DNA of 64,000 nucleotides from Utricularia gibba (GCA_002189035.1 NEEC01000007.1:1488001-1552000), one strand, 5' to 3'; shown: positions 1 through 12,801, counted from the first letter of the stretch. Notes: generated from the letters alone by a model not told the origin. A program made the numbers and translations.

Positions 1-423
1 ATTTTATAGTATTATTTACGTATTTTATTTCATTTTTTTTGGGGGGAAGTATAAAAACCTACGTGGTATTGATGTTTTCAACTTGGGTTTCTGGTGCGAG
101 GGACTGCTTCCGCGCGCGCTCCTTCTCTGCAAATTCAAATGGTCTTTGACTTGCTTTCTTAATCTCAGTTACCTGTTTTCGAGTCATTGGTGGAAGTTTT
201 GTGAATTGAGGTGGACGTTGTTCGGGAGGGGATTAGGTAACTCTCAAAATCTCGGATCTTCGACATTTCCTTCTAGCGTACATGCATTGCGAAGAAAAGG
301 TTGGAACTTTCGAATTGTTTCAGATTTTGTGCTTTGCAGGATTGAATTTTATGTTTTTTAATTGATGGGTTTCTGGTTTTTAATCCGAAGCTTGTTGCCG
401 GTAAAAAAAGAAGATTGTGGGAG

Positions 424-2445
424 ATGATCGAAGAAACGTGCCCGGTTTCTGGTAGAATATTACAGAATGGAGACCTTGAATCGGCTTTTCACTCTGAAGG
501 TATGTCCGTGGGCCTTTTCTTGTTCTGAATGTTACGGGTACGAAGATCAGGATGCTTCATTAGTGCACGTTGTTTCATTGTTTCCTAGAAGGGACGGGTG
601 AAAATGGCAGGCTTCGACATAACATCAATTGCTCTTCAAGAGTCCTGGACGTAAATGCTGCAGTTGGTGCTAATTGCGCAAGTAACATTGGGGAAAAAAG
701 AAGTTTCGAGCTACATGCAAACGCTGATGATATGTCTAGTTGTGTGAATGAACCCTTTCACCCATCTGAATGGTCTGAAGGCCATTCGATTTCCCAGGAT
801 GATTCAGAGCATTCAAGTTTTGTTATTCCTCCGAAAGAAAAGGATTCATGGAAGTATGGAAAAGTTTACAGAAAAACAATTTCATGTACAGTCATTGTAG
901 TTCCTTGACTGAACCGAAGGCATGTGGGAGAAATAAGTCAGATAGTGATTCGGTGAAGAAGAGGATACGCCTTCCCAAAAAGCAAGGGGCTGATACAGTC
1001 GCAAGGCTTTCTGCTCCAAGTGGTTTGCTTAATGGGCTGAATCCTGGAATTCTCAGCCATGTAAGAAACAGTAAACAGGTTCGGTCAATCATTGAAAATA
1101 TTTTGAAGTCAGAAAGCTGTGATGATCAATTATCTGGATGTACAAGGAACAATGAAACCAACAACAGTGTACAAGAGCTCACGGGAAGAAACGAAATGGA
1201 AAATAAAGGTCGTTTTACATATATATACGTGTGTTTGTTTCAGTGGTTGAGATCTTCTAGAAGATTAGGCTGAAGATGACCATGTTTTGTTTCCTTTGTT
1301 AGGCTGTTCAAGTTCTCAGTCTTCCAAAGATGGAGAAGCTTGGGAAGGTAACACAGAAGAAGGGGATGGTAAATTGGCGTCCAGGCTCACATCATCTGTG
1401 GCTGTTGCATCTGAGAATGGACGATGCATTCCTAATGATGAATTGGCTTTTGTTGATTGTGTTTCTTCACTTTCTACAGAGGGTAGCTCAGATCTTTTTT
1501 TTTTTAATTATTAACCATCACATTTAGTTTTCTATCATTCACTAAGGAATACGTTCTGTGAAAGGTATTTAACATTCTGAAACCTGCACATAATTTCAGC
1601 TGCAAATGTAGCTGTACAATGGTTGGAGCTTCTGAGTCATGATATAAGAGGACGTCTTGCTGGTAAGTCCTATTTCCATTGATCATGCATTTGAAGCTTT
1701 GGATGAATTCTTAACAGTAATTGATCTACTATTGCAGCACTAAAACAGAGCAAGAAAAGAGTTACTGTGGCTAGGCACTCTGAATTACCCCTCCTAGTGC
1801 ATAGTGAATTTTCATCAAACTTGCCAAGAGATGTCAAAAATGATATTTCCTGTGTTGATCAAACCATTGCTGATGCGCACCTTGCCAAGTGGAGCAATAT
1901 CTTCTTGCAAATGGAAAACGCACTTGATGAAGAAGAAAAGATTCTGGTGAGAATTCCATCTTCTGTGGCTACTTCGTCAGCGCTTCTGAAACAAGAGATT
2001 TAAATCATGAGCAATATTCCTTTTTTCTGCAATTTACATCTTTTTGCTTGTTGTTCCCAAACGTCATGAACTAACACATTGAGAGCTTGCATTCTCCAGG
2101 AAAGTTGGCTGATCCAATTACATCAAATACAACTGAATGGTAAATTGGGCATCTGCAAAAACACAAGGTAACTCCATAAACATTCCTTTTAACATGCTTT
2201 GCATCGTTTCTCCCAAAAAATCAGAATTTCCACGGAACATTTCTCTCGATTCTCAGCTTTCTAAACGTTATCTCCAAAAATGTCAAACCATCTTCCCAAG
2301 TGCACCCTGATTTGCAACATTTGGGAACTCACTGCATATTGTGCATTGCAGGCTTGAGTCAGTGAATAGCGTGGAGGCAGAGTTAACAGTGAGAGCAACA
2401 GCGGCGTCGATTTATTCTGTGTGCAACTACTTGCTATCAGCATAA
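424..2445 (+). CDS. Conserved plant uncharacterised protein (7 exons; apparent 1-nt deletion near 838-843)
   Basis: Manual splicing gives exons ~424-499, 589-1208, 1303-1482, 1600-1662, 1738-1947, 2100-2167 and 2352-2445, all GT-AG. Contains APSGLLNGLNPGILSHVRNSKQVRSIIE, QWLELLSHDIRGRLAALKQSKKRV and C-terminal ELTVRATAASIYSVCNYLLSA*, which I recall as motifs of a plant family of unknown function. ORFs 570..908 and 848..1273 join by a -1 shift. Confidence 0.7.
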
Positions 2446-3761
2446 TACATTGGCAGAGGTAGTGGCGGCTGCTGGAGCAGAATCAGAACTCAGAAGCTCC
2501 AAGTTGTTGTTGTATTAGCGAGGCATGTTTGTCCTCTTGCCTTGACAGTGTCTGTCTTCCTGCTAAAGCACTCACTCACTCCACATAGCCAGCCGTCTCC
2601 TGGTTTCTAAACAAGTTAAATTGTAGTAATCTTACAGAGACAGTGCTGTCTGAAATCTCTTCAAGAGTGACAAATAAAAAAAAAAAAAAAAAGTTATAGG
2701 GATGCAAATGAATTGGATCAAAGTTTTTAAATTTGGTTTGAAAATTAAAAATAATATTGAAATATTTTTATAATAATAAGTAGCTTTTAATAATATTTAT
2801 TTTCTTAGTTGATGCCAAAATATTAAAAAATCAATTTTTTTACAGTAAGAATTATATTATTTATTTTTTAAATAATTATATTTGGCGCGGAAATTTGGAA
2901 GATGGGTGACTCAAAAAATAGGCAAACGTGAGTGTTTTTGGAGTACAAATTGTGGATTTTACGATTGAGCATTTTCTCCTCAAAAGGAATTGTCGATGAT
3001 TTTGTTGCCAAGGTTCAAGTTGTACGGGCGTTCCTGGCCTCGGCTTTCAATGAGGAGAAAGCTGCGAAGTCCGTGGAGTGAACCCTAGATCTGCCAACGC
3101 TAGGACAGGTGTCGTCATAGCGTGACGTAATATGAAACTACGGCTAGGTTCAGAGTGGATCCATGGCCGTTGGTTAGGGAGGGAGCCATCCTCGCCGTTG
3201 AATTTAGGTAACATTCAAACTTCCTTGTCGAATTCTGCAGAGGCCAGATTTGCCGGTTCTCTCTCTTTCTCTCTGTTCTTGCAGCTGTGGGGTCAAAACT
3301 TCTGTCCGAAAGCTGAGTCGTTTCGGCATTGTGTGTCAGGTGTGAATCTTGAACGCTTCTCTGTTTCATTTTGAGATGGGAATTTGTTGCATTTTGTTTT
3401 TCTTGAGAATAATCTCATGTGAATTGTTGGATTTGGCCTTTAAACCAATCAATTCTGCGACTTCGTGTGAAATTGTCGTCGGGATAAGGAAAGGCTATAG
3501 GGAATGTTCCATTGTTCATAAGGTTTTTCTGTCGTTCCTCTTTCAAGGGAGGTTATTTCCCTTTCTCGTCATGTTCAGGCAAGATGCAATTTCATGTTTT
3601 TCAATTGGACAGTTCCTTTTCTGATTTTGATGTCCAATTGCTGATGCTCCCATTGCTGCGTAATTTTCGAAACTTTGGGTGATTTTTCGTTTGTTTTTTG
3701 TTTTTTCAGGAGAAGAGCCACTATATTGTTCCTACCGGTTTGCGTACCATAGAGGGGAATA

Positions 3762-5339
3762 ATGGAGAAGGATCTATTAGAGCTTTTTGAGGCTGTGAAG
3801 ACCTCTGCAGACAGAGCTGAGAACTTTGTGGAGGAAGAAGATGGATGCATTAATTCATTACAAATGCTCAAGAAGTTCCCTGTGAACTATCGCATTCTTG
3901 TGTCCACACAGGTATCTTGACCATTCCGTATTATTACAACTCACATCCTCGTTGGTTCTTATTTTTTATAGTACAAGATCGCCTTTCAATGAGCTGATGC
4001 CTTGAAAATTTTGCGGGCGCTTCTTTGCCTTCACACAATGTTGTTTTGAACCTTTAGTAGTTGGAAGCTTCAAATTGTAGCTACTGGAATGACTTATCTG
4101 TGACCCTGAAATCTTTTTAGCGAAAGAATCTATTTTCTCGTTCTGATAGGAATTTTATCACTGAATACTACCTTATCTGTGCTTTTTTTGTGTGTTTTCA
4201 CAAGTTCTGCGGTTATGTAATTTGCATTTGGTGAATCTGCAGCCTTTTAGAAAAGTCAGGGAGGTGAAAAAGTTGCTTTGATTCTATGATGGGTTACTCT
4301 TTCATTCGTGTGCTGACCGTAGAGCATGTTCAATTCTTGAGTTGAAGTTTTCATTTGATAATCTCATTTACAGGTCGGAAGAGGTGTGCGTCAACTAACT
4401 AAACATAGGAGTGAGAAGATCAAATTGTTGGCTTCTGAAGTTGTGGAAATATGGAAGGATATAATTGTTAAAGAAACACTTGGCAACAGGAACAAGAATG
4501 GGGTGCCAGTGAATGGTGAATCGGTCAAAGCTGACTCTTCTAGTGCAGAACCGGATGATAAACAGAACATCAAAAGGGCAAACTCTCTTAAGCACGAATT
4601 GGAACCAGACACGAAGAAGGTAAAGCTGGAGAAATCCCTTCATTCTAGTGTAGCAAGTTCAGATACACATTCGAAGCCAGAGGCCACCTCAAGCATCAAA
4701 GATGAGAGAAATTCCCATAACCATACTAGTGGTGATGGAAAAAAGATCAAACTTGAGAAGAAACCTGCCACAGGATCTGTTGCTCCTCTCAAGCTCACTT
4801 CTCTGGTTCTCTGCAAAGATCCATTGAGGGATAAAGTTAGAGAAATCCTATCCGAAGCTCTACATAAAGTTCATGGTGAAGTTGGTGATGATGATGAAAT
4901 CAGAGACAAAGTGAATAACGCTGACCCCAACCGAGTTGCTGTCATGGTGGAAAGCTCAATGTTTGAGAAATGGGGCAACTCCAGCGGAGCTCAGAAGTTC
5001 AAATACAGGTCCATACTGTTCAACATCAAGGACGCAAACAACCCTGACTTTCGAAGAAAAGTTTTGACCGGTGAGATTGCACCACATGCCATTGTTGATC
5101 TGACGCCAGAAGAAATGGCTAGTGAAGAGAGGCAGTCTCAGAACGAGAAGATCAAACAGAAAGCATTGTTCAACAGCGAACGTGCAGCTGCTCCCAAGGC
5201 TAGTACAAATGAATTCAGATGCGGTAGATGCAAGAAGAAGGAATGCACTTACTACCAAATGCAGACTCGGAGTGCAGATGAGCCCATGACCACTTACGTG
5301 ACCTGTGTAAACTGTGGAAATCACTGGAAGTTCTGTTAG
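3762..5339 (+). CDS. TFIIS: Transcription elongation factor TFIIS
   Basis: Exon 1 3762-3911 (MEKDLLELFEAVK...LVSTQ) splices in frame to exon 2 4374-5339. Domain I (EIWK), central domain (KYRSILFNIKDANNPDFR) and zinc ribbon CGRCKKKECTYYQMQTRSADEPMTTYVTCVNCGNHWKFC with an intact acidic DE hairpin. Confidence 0.97.
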
Positions 5340-5794
5340 AGTTGTGCTTGAGCACGTCTCCTTCTGTAGCCTAGCTCAGGTGATTGCTTCACTAGTTCAT
5401 TTTAATTTTTTATCTGAGGATGCTTTACAACTAATTAGATTCGACGCTCTAGGTTAAAATGACTCCTATTGTATGATTAACTTTAGATCTGGTGATCATG
5501 AATCTCCTGTCCTCGTTTGCATATGCAAGTATGATGACAACTGTTTCAAGGCTTTGATAAGACACCTTTAAGTCTCTATTCACAAGGTGAAAGAAAATCT
5601 GGAATCAAGTACACAGACCCAAAAAAACATAAGGTGACAAGAAACCACCAATCTGCACTTCCAGGTTCTGACATGCATGCAAGCCACATTTCAGTAAAAA
5701 ACTAAAGCAATCACAAAACCAGTCCCAAGCAAATCTTTTTTTTTTTTTTGTTTTTCTGACAAGCTAAGCAAATGCTTTTATCTGCGGCGCAAAA

Positions 5795-7370
5795 TCAGAA
5801 TCTCAGGATCTTCCTACAGGTACCGCACCGTAGCTTGTTATATCCTCGCTTGGAGATGATGAACCCGAATGGAAGCTGTAACAGTTCCCTGCAAAAAGAA
5901 CAAGCAACAAAAGGTGCTCCTCCTACTGCTAGGAGAGATTTCATCACAGGTTGAGATATCTTTTTAAGATTCACTTGTCTCATGTTCTCCTCAATGTTTG
6001 TCTCAATGCCAGATGAGTGGTTTCTCCCAGTGTCATGATGTCTGCTCGCAGAATGCGAGATGTCAGGGCCAATGTCGTCCGAGTGGGAAAAATGGCCCCT
6101 GCTCTTAATGTGCAAACGTTTGGATAAGCAATCCTCAAGATAGACATGCGAACAAGGCCAGCCTTCTTGATCTTCATATCGTGTCGACTGCCGTGAATGT
6201 GAGCTACCGCACCTTGAGATATAATGGTGGTCATCATGGTATGAAAGTATTTGCTTTTCTTGTTGCCTCAAGTTATCATAGTGATAAGATCCAGGCTTGT
6301 GATCTTCAAGAGGGAGGCTTCTGTGCAAGGGGAATTTGAAAATCACTTTGAGCTTATCTTCCAACTCTTGAATTTTTCTCATAATTCCCCTTTGATTTGT
6401 TTCCATCCGCTGTTTTAACTTCCATGGAGAATTAAATCCATGATCACGGCGGCAGCTTCTGTCAGGGAATGAATCTCGGGATCAAATGGCAACCTGGAAG
6501 CATCCCTTTGAGTGTATGGTGATCTTATGGCACCTCCATCACTGTATCTATGGCTCTGTACTTTCACATCATCATGCAACATGCCCCTGGTGCTCTTGTA
6601 ACGAAGCTCGTCATCCTTTCTTAGCCGCCATGAGGATTTATCGTGCTTTTCATCATGCTCTTCATCTGCATAATAGCTGGGGGTTGCTGGAGATTTAGAC
6701 CACAATTCCAGCTTCGATTCAAGGCCAGAGCTGACGTCTGTATGAGGAGAAGCTGAAGATGTATCTAACCAGCAACTTCTCCTGAAACTAGGGGCTTCAT
6801 AATCAAGCTGCTCCTGGCTTTTCTGATCGAGGTTATCAGCAGTAACATGCTTAGACCCCCTCTTGGAGTCAGCAAAGTGAATATGCTCTGTTTCATCTTT
6901 TTCAGATTGAACATGGCTACGCAGAGCGAAAACTCTATCCGGTATGTTTCTTCTTGCATCTTCTCCATGACCATCAACCTGTTTTGCTTTCCCTTTTCGA
7001 TCCAGAGATTGGTCATGGCTCGGGGACGCAGTCTCAGGTGAGGTAGAAGGACCCTCAGACATCCTTATCTCCTCATGGCTGTCTTTATGCAGTGAGCTTT
7101 CAGATGATTCATTCACCTCTTGCCGCGGGACGGTTTCTGAGTCGACGCAGGTACTACTCCTCTGATTCTTAGCTTCATGACAGCAGATGAAGCATAAGTC
7201 CGAAGATTACGGAATGATTGATTCACAGGGCATGTAGAGGTAGACATCATACCTTGGATCAAAGCTCCGCAATTCCCACAGCGGTAGATGGAGTGCTCTG
7301 GATTCTCTTGTAAGAGTTTTATACAGTGATGGCATCTTACCAGTCGAGCTTTCACTTCTCTTGACATCAT
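5795..7370 (-). CDS. EDR4-like zinc-ribbon protein (apparent 1-nt deletion near 6478-6480)
   Basis: Exon 1 7370-7253 MMSREVKARLVRCHHCIKLLQENPEHSIYRCGNCGALIQ splices to AKNQR... C-terminal GGAPFVACSFCRELLQLP...KLRCGTCRKILRF*. Paired N- and C-terminal CxxC ribbons plus the coiled motif IMRKIQELEDKL are characteristic of the EDR4 family. ORFs 6415..7116 and 5795..6406 join by a -1 shift. Confidence 0.82.
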
Positions 7371-8379
7371 ATTTCCAGGCAATCCGGAGATTAAAACAAC
7401 TGAGAAAATTGATCCCACCAGAAGCCAGAGATGAGGATAACAGAATACCTGAGGGGGGAATCAGAGGTTCTGTTCTTCAAAAGCTGGAATCTTGTTCAAC
7501 TGGGCCAGATGCAAGTTCTTAAAACATCCAGTTCCTATGAGTCACTCTCTTGACCAAGTCGTCCAAGACTGTCTATACACAAATCTCTCCTGCAAAATTA
7601 TCACCGGTTCCTTATCACAAGGTAAACCCGCAAGCACTCAAACTATAACCTCCATCCATTGTTACTACCAACTATAATAATTTACAGGGAGAAAACACAC
7701 GTCACACAACTCATTTTCACAGTGGGGAATTCGCAGGATGCTGGTGATGGATACTGCCTTCTCAGGGTCAGGTTTGACTTGGCGTCAACCACCTTTTGTT
7801 TGACTTTTTCAACTGTCGTCTAATTATTGGATATTAACGAATAAACAAGGGTGATGGTGATTGCTGATGGGATGACAATGACGCCGGTCGTTGAAGCATT
7901 TATGAGCGCGGGGCGACCGGAATTGACGGCCACCGCTAGTCTTACAGCTGGGGCCATGGGGAGAGGTCGTCGTTTTGCTTCCATGAATTATGCAGCGGTG
8001 TTTTTGCGTACGTTGATACAAATTAGTTGTATGTTTGGTAAATACTTTGTGAACAGGACATGGTGCGCCGGTTAAGACAAACAGAAGTGATGGAAGAGTC
8101 GGAGGAGGGCCAAGTTGACATCTTGCTGGAATCTGGACGTTGTACCTGCGAAAATGGTGCGGTTTGTGGGCATCTAACTGACGGGAAACCGAGACCGTGA
8201 TGGCTACTGAACCATGAAACCGGGGTTCCTAGCAAATAGTCCCATGACAACCAAAAGGTGTAAATCTAGTATCTGAGAAGCAAGAATGCAGTGGAAGTGT
8301 TTCATAACAACCAGGATACTGCAACCAAGACGGAGGAGGAAGTTTCATGCCGATTTATGGGGTTGTGAACCTGCACGGA

Positions 8380-8860
8380 AGCCCCTTTCTGTGGGAAGAA
8401 TTCGTTGTTACCAGCCAGCCAAATGGAGCAAAGGATAGCAGCAACGGACAGCTCTCCAATCCGGAATAGATTGAAGAGAAAGAGGTACGATCGCCCCATT
8501 CTGGAATCCCTGGAGCATGCCACCATTGAAAGAACTAATCCCTAACCATGGTAGCAGTCGGCAGCCAAAGAGAACATGATAAAGTGTTTCCGGTGCACGT
8601 GGACACTGATGACAACAGCCTCCATTGTATGAGACACCTCGGTGCAATTACCTTTCCTGAGTAGCCAGCCCATCCAATTGAGCTCTCCATAGGAAGACCT
8701 TCATCCGGCATCTACAGCTTGTGCATTGATGTCCAGAGAACCTGCAAAAGAAATTAAGCTGAAGCAAACCAGGAGATTGGTTGCAAATGAGATACTATTT
8801 GGTCCGTGGTTAGTCCCAACCCAGCCCCTGTCTTCGTCTAAACCATCTCATCTCTGCTGG
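8380..8860 (-). mobile_element. Degenerate L1-type LINE ORF2 fragment (zf-RVT region)
   Basis: Minus-strand translation: DEMV*TKTG ... LWTSMHKL*MP / KVFLWRAQLDGLATQER*LHRGVSYNGGCCHQCPRAPETLYHVLFGC ... AILCSIWLAGNNEFF. This matches the plant L1 zf-RVT pattern (K.FLWR...LPT...L..RG...C..C...ET..HL.F.C; W.IW..RN..F), with in-frame stops and frame changes. The element may extend to ~7850-9070. Confidence 0.75.
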
Positions 8861-11025
8861 AAATTCAAGGCAGTAGAATTCATGAACCACGCATCTTTAT
8901 CCTTGACTGAGGAGACACCCCACCCTGCATTGTGGGTTGCCACGTGCACATTCCTCGCCACATCCTATCGAGGACTTGGTTTGATTGTCCTCGAATGAGT
9001 TGATTATTCTCTCCCTCAGGCATTCATCCATGTCTCCTGGCCCTAGTGGCCCTCTACATCCATGTCTGTCTCATATCGTCAGGCAGACGACTAGTCATTA
9101 TGAAGGCGATGCCACTCTCACTTACTCCTCTGGGCCATTGCTGCAGGGAAGAAACCCTCTACAGAGAGGAACAAAAACATTGAATTTATTCAGCTGTTGC
9201 AAACTCCATGTTCCATAGGTACTTTTTCCACCTCCCATTTACATCCTTGTCTCCAAAACATTGAATTTTATATACCATGATCATTCTATCCAAATTTCTT
9301 ATTTGAAAATTAGTCCAAGATGCATTTTTTGACCATATTGATCAGTATTTCTTTTTTATCATAACACACAAGTGACATACATACGTACATACATAGGATA
9401 ACAGAATAAATGTATCAAATTCCGATTGAATTGCTTCAAACCCTAAAAGGAGGGGTCGAATTTAAAACACGTATTCCAACAATATTATGGGGATTGGAGA
9501 TGATCTGATGGTGCGGAATTGAGTTTAATTTTTTTAAAATTTAAAATGAATATCCAAAATTTGAAGAATGAAGCACCACCTTGGAAAGAAAAGTCCACCA
9601 GCAAGATTTGCCATAAGATTCTATTCTGAAAACTGGAGAACATCGAGGCGTGAAGTTGCACTGCGAAATCGGAGCAGCTGGGGCCTGGCGGGTTTCGCTC
9701 CTTTACTCTTTTCACATGACCGGCGTCTGCTTCTCTGTCCCACGTGTTATCTGTCTCCCCTTTACTTTCTCCAATGAGTTCACTGTTTGCTTTCCGCACT
9801 GCCCTTTTCTTCCCTTTGTCGCATCTTCGAGTTCACTGTACATTCCGTCACACACCCATACGGGTTCCCGTGTGCTCCAAATGTTTGCCGTCCCTTTCTC
9901 ATATCTGATTCTCACGAAGACAGCGACCCTTCGTCTTCCCGGTTGAGTTTAGTCAGTGATCATTCGCTATTCTTCTTTTTTGTTTTCAAATTTCTAATGA
10001 TTCGGAGCTCCACTTTTATTGCATCTCTTAAAGATTGAATTTTTTATATGAATGATCCTTTCAGTCTCAGGAACATTTCTGCTCTTCTGTTGAGTCGCAC
10101 CACTGGATCTTTTAGAAATAAGGATTTGGGAAGTGGCGTTTAGGGTTTTGAAAACGAAGAACTGAAGTCTAGGTCTTTCCTGTCATTTTTTTTTATCGTG
10201 TTTTAGAACTGCCTTGCGGGTTGGTCGTGGATCATTTAAAGCTGTCGTTTTTAGCACGTCTAGGGCTAAAATGTCGGCAGATGAGGAAATTTTTTTGGTG
10301 GGTATCATTCTTTCTACTTATCTGTGGCCTGGTATTTTCTTTGCTTATCTAGATGAGGATTTTCTTCACTTGAGATTTCTTCGAAGGCTTTTTACTTGTG
10401 TAAAAAAGACCGGTTTTTTTTTTTTTTTTAGCTCTAGGGTTTTTTAAGATCTTGAATCTAATGGATAAGGTGGTGTTAAGCGGGGATTCATCAGGATCCT
10501 TGTGTGAACGGAGCAAATTTTTCTTCTGATAACTGTTTAAAAGAACTGTACAAGCTCAGCGACTTGATTTGATTAGTCGGCTGCCTTTTTTTGTGGTAAG
10601 GAAACAATTGACAACCTTCAAGAGGACTGGTCTTTTGTCTTCTTCATCACTTGATTTAGCGTTCTGGTTCTTTGTAATAATGCTTTCCAAGATTCGTGCT
10701 GGCGAATTCATTTCTTTGAACTCTAAGGTTTCATTGTGCTTGCTATGTTCTTTTTCATTTTTTCTGAAGAAAAACAGACCACTATCATTTGAATTTCTAA
10801 TGCCTTTTGATATGGATGCCATGCTATCTGAACAAACGTTCAGGTTTTTCCACTGAAGCCGAAAACTTGTATTCATTTTGCCCTGGTTCTGGTATGCTGT
10901 TTGTGTACAGCAATGGTTTTCTTCACACAGAGAAATGCCATTCGAGCTAACGATCTCCCTTGAATGTGTTTATGCTTACCAAATGGGAAACCTGCTTCTT
11001 AATCTCGCCTGAAGGGGAGCGCCCT

Positions 11026-11204
11026 AAAGGAGCTTTCTACAGCCCATTCAGGGGTGACGTAGAGAGGCTGAACTAGCTGCCGACTCATTCTCTTAAGCGC
11101 TTACCAGAATCTGAATCTCGGCAAATGGGGTGGTTGAGTGAGTGATGCGGGAGATAGTTCCATGCCTCTCTCCCTCTCTGGTTGGACTGAAGGGAGCTCC
11201 TTTT
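11026..11204 (+). ncRNA. MIR319: MIR319 precursor hairpin (mature miR319 UUGGACUGAAGGGAGCUCCUU at 11182-11202)
   Basis: Exact miR319-family mature sequence on the 3' arm. Star arm GGAGCTTTCTACAGCCCA from 11029 pairs with it, with 2 mismatches and 2 G:U. The conserved inner duplex of MIR159/319 hairpins is present: AGCTGCCGACTCATTC (11075-11090) with GAGTGAGTGATGCGGGAGATAGTT (11136-11159). Confidence 0.95.
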
Positions 11205-12801
11205 CTGCCCCCCCTGATGGCTGATGAGGGTGAACCCTCATTGTATGCATCTGCACTGCAGGTCGTGAGAATCATGCGCCAGTCTTAGTTACATGTTAAC
11301 ATCGGAAGAGCTTTTTTGCTTCAACGCAGGGTTGTTTATGAAGTTTTTCCGATTCTTGTCATCTGGGGGCACATTCGAGGGAGGTCGGAGTTTCTCTGCT
11401 GGTTGCTTGGTTTTATGACCCTACAGAGGAGAGCCACAAGCAGCCATTGTTTTCCCCCCTTACGACCATTCTATTCGTTTTTTACAAAGAACTAGAACTC
11501 CCTGAGAGGGGTGCATGGAGATCCATGCGCCATTTTGAACACAATTCATCTTCATCAGTTGCCCGGTGTATCAACTTTTGAATCTCTGAGAGAATTCTAG
11601 TTCCTACAGAACACGTTGAAGTTTACACGAGTTGTAGAGGATGCATGTGCCGTTTGGTTTGTTATTTGCAGCCTATCCCTTTGCAAGAACACAATGGAAT
11701 ATTTAACAGATTCGTTCTTCTCAATGGTCGTAGAGCTGTGTGCCCAGGAGACTGAGCTCTGCTTCTATCTGGGTCTTGTGTTGCCTTCTCACTTGCAATG
11801 TTTGTGTTCATTCCAGATAAAAGCGACGCCAGACTCCAGTTGCATTTCAAAAAAGGCACCGGAAAGAGTGAAGCTGAGCTAGGGCAACATTCAACTCCAG
11901 GCTGCGGCCCAATAAGTGCTTAAAATGGGCCAGACTTCCGGCCCATCTGAGAAAAGCCTCATCTATTTTCGTTTTTTTTTGTAACTGTACTTTACCTTTC
12001 CGATCCGACACGACGTCGTTTACTTCGATTTCCAAAAAGACATTTTTTAAAAATTAATTACAGTTGCTCGGTCATCAAGTAACATGTACGTTGTACAGAG
12101 CCCACTTTCTCTCTCTTTTTTTTTTGTTCGTACATTTTGAAACGCGTGAGAGGTTCTCCACGCGCACACACTCTCTCTCGCGGAATCCAGTTCCGAGCAT
12201 TCTCTGTAATCTGAATCCTCTCTGTCGCGCACTGTTGATTTGCGTCCTCTGGTAACGGAATCTAATGGTTTAGTTCATAATGCAGAGTAAGAGTTGAGCT
12301 CCATTGCTGCTCTGGGTGCTGTGCTTTCTTGTGTCGGTTGCTGACGAGGTAACTACTCTGGTTTCTGCATTAGGCTAGATCTGATGTACGGGAGGTGTTA
12401 TTAGCTTTGGCTCTTTGCATTTCTGTCTTCTTTTTGTTGATGAGTTTGTAAATGTTTGCTGCTTTTGGGTGTTCGTTTTTTCTTTTTTACCCCCCTCTTC
12501 CGCTTTCCGATGAACTTTGCATTCTTTTCTTCTTTTTGTTGGATATGGAGGGGACTGGTGATGTAGTTTTCATGTCGTATTTTGTGGGTTTGGGATGTTT
12601 TTTGAGATCTAGTCAACGGGTTACTTCTGCATCTCAGGTTTGCTTGATGTGGGGACAGGTAAAAGCTTGTATCTTCCGGAGTAATGCTGCACTTTTTTTT
12701 CTTAAATTATCACTCTCAATGCCATGTGTTGGGAGGTAATTGTAATGTGAAAGTGACGCTACTTTTCTGATTCCTCCACTTTCAGGTATTATTTACTGAA
12801 G

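Noticed and set aside
8023-9200. Initial idea of a Cys/His-rich host gene such as a DHHC palmitoyltransferase
   Set aside because: No DHHC motif; the Cys/His pattern fits L1 zf-RVT and is interrupted by stops.
10556-10876. Overlapping 106-aa (-) and 95-aa (+) ORFs upstream of MIR319
   Set aside because: No family motif, non-ATG or weak starts and no splice partners; kept only as part of the pri-miRNA question.
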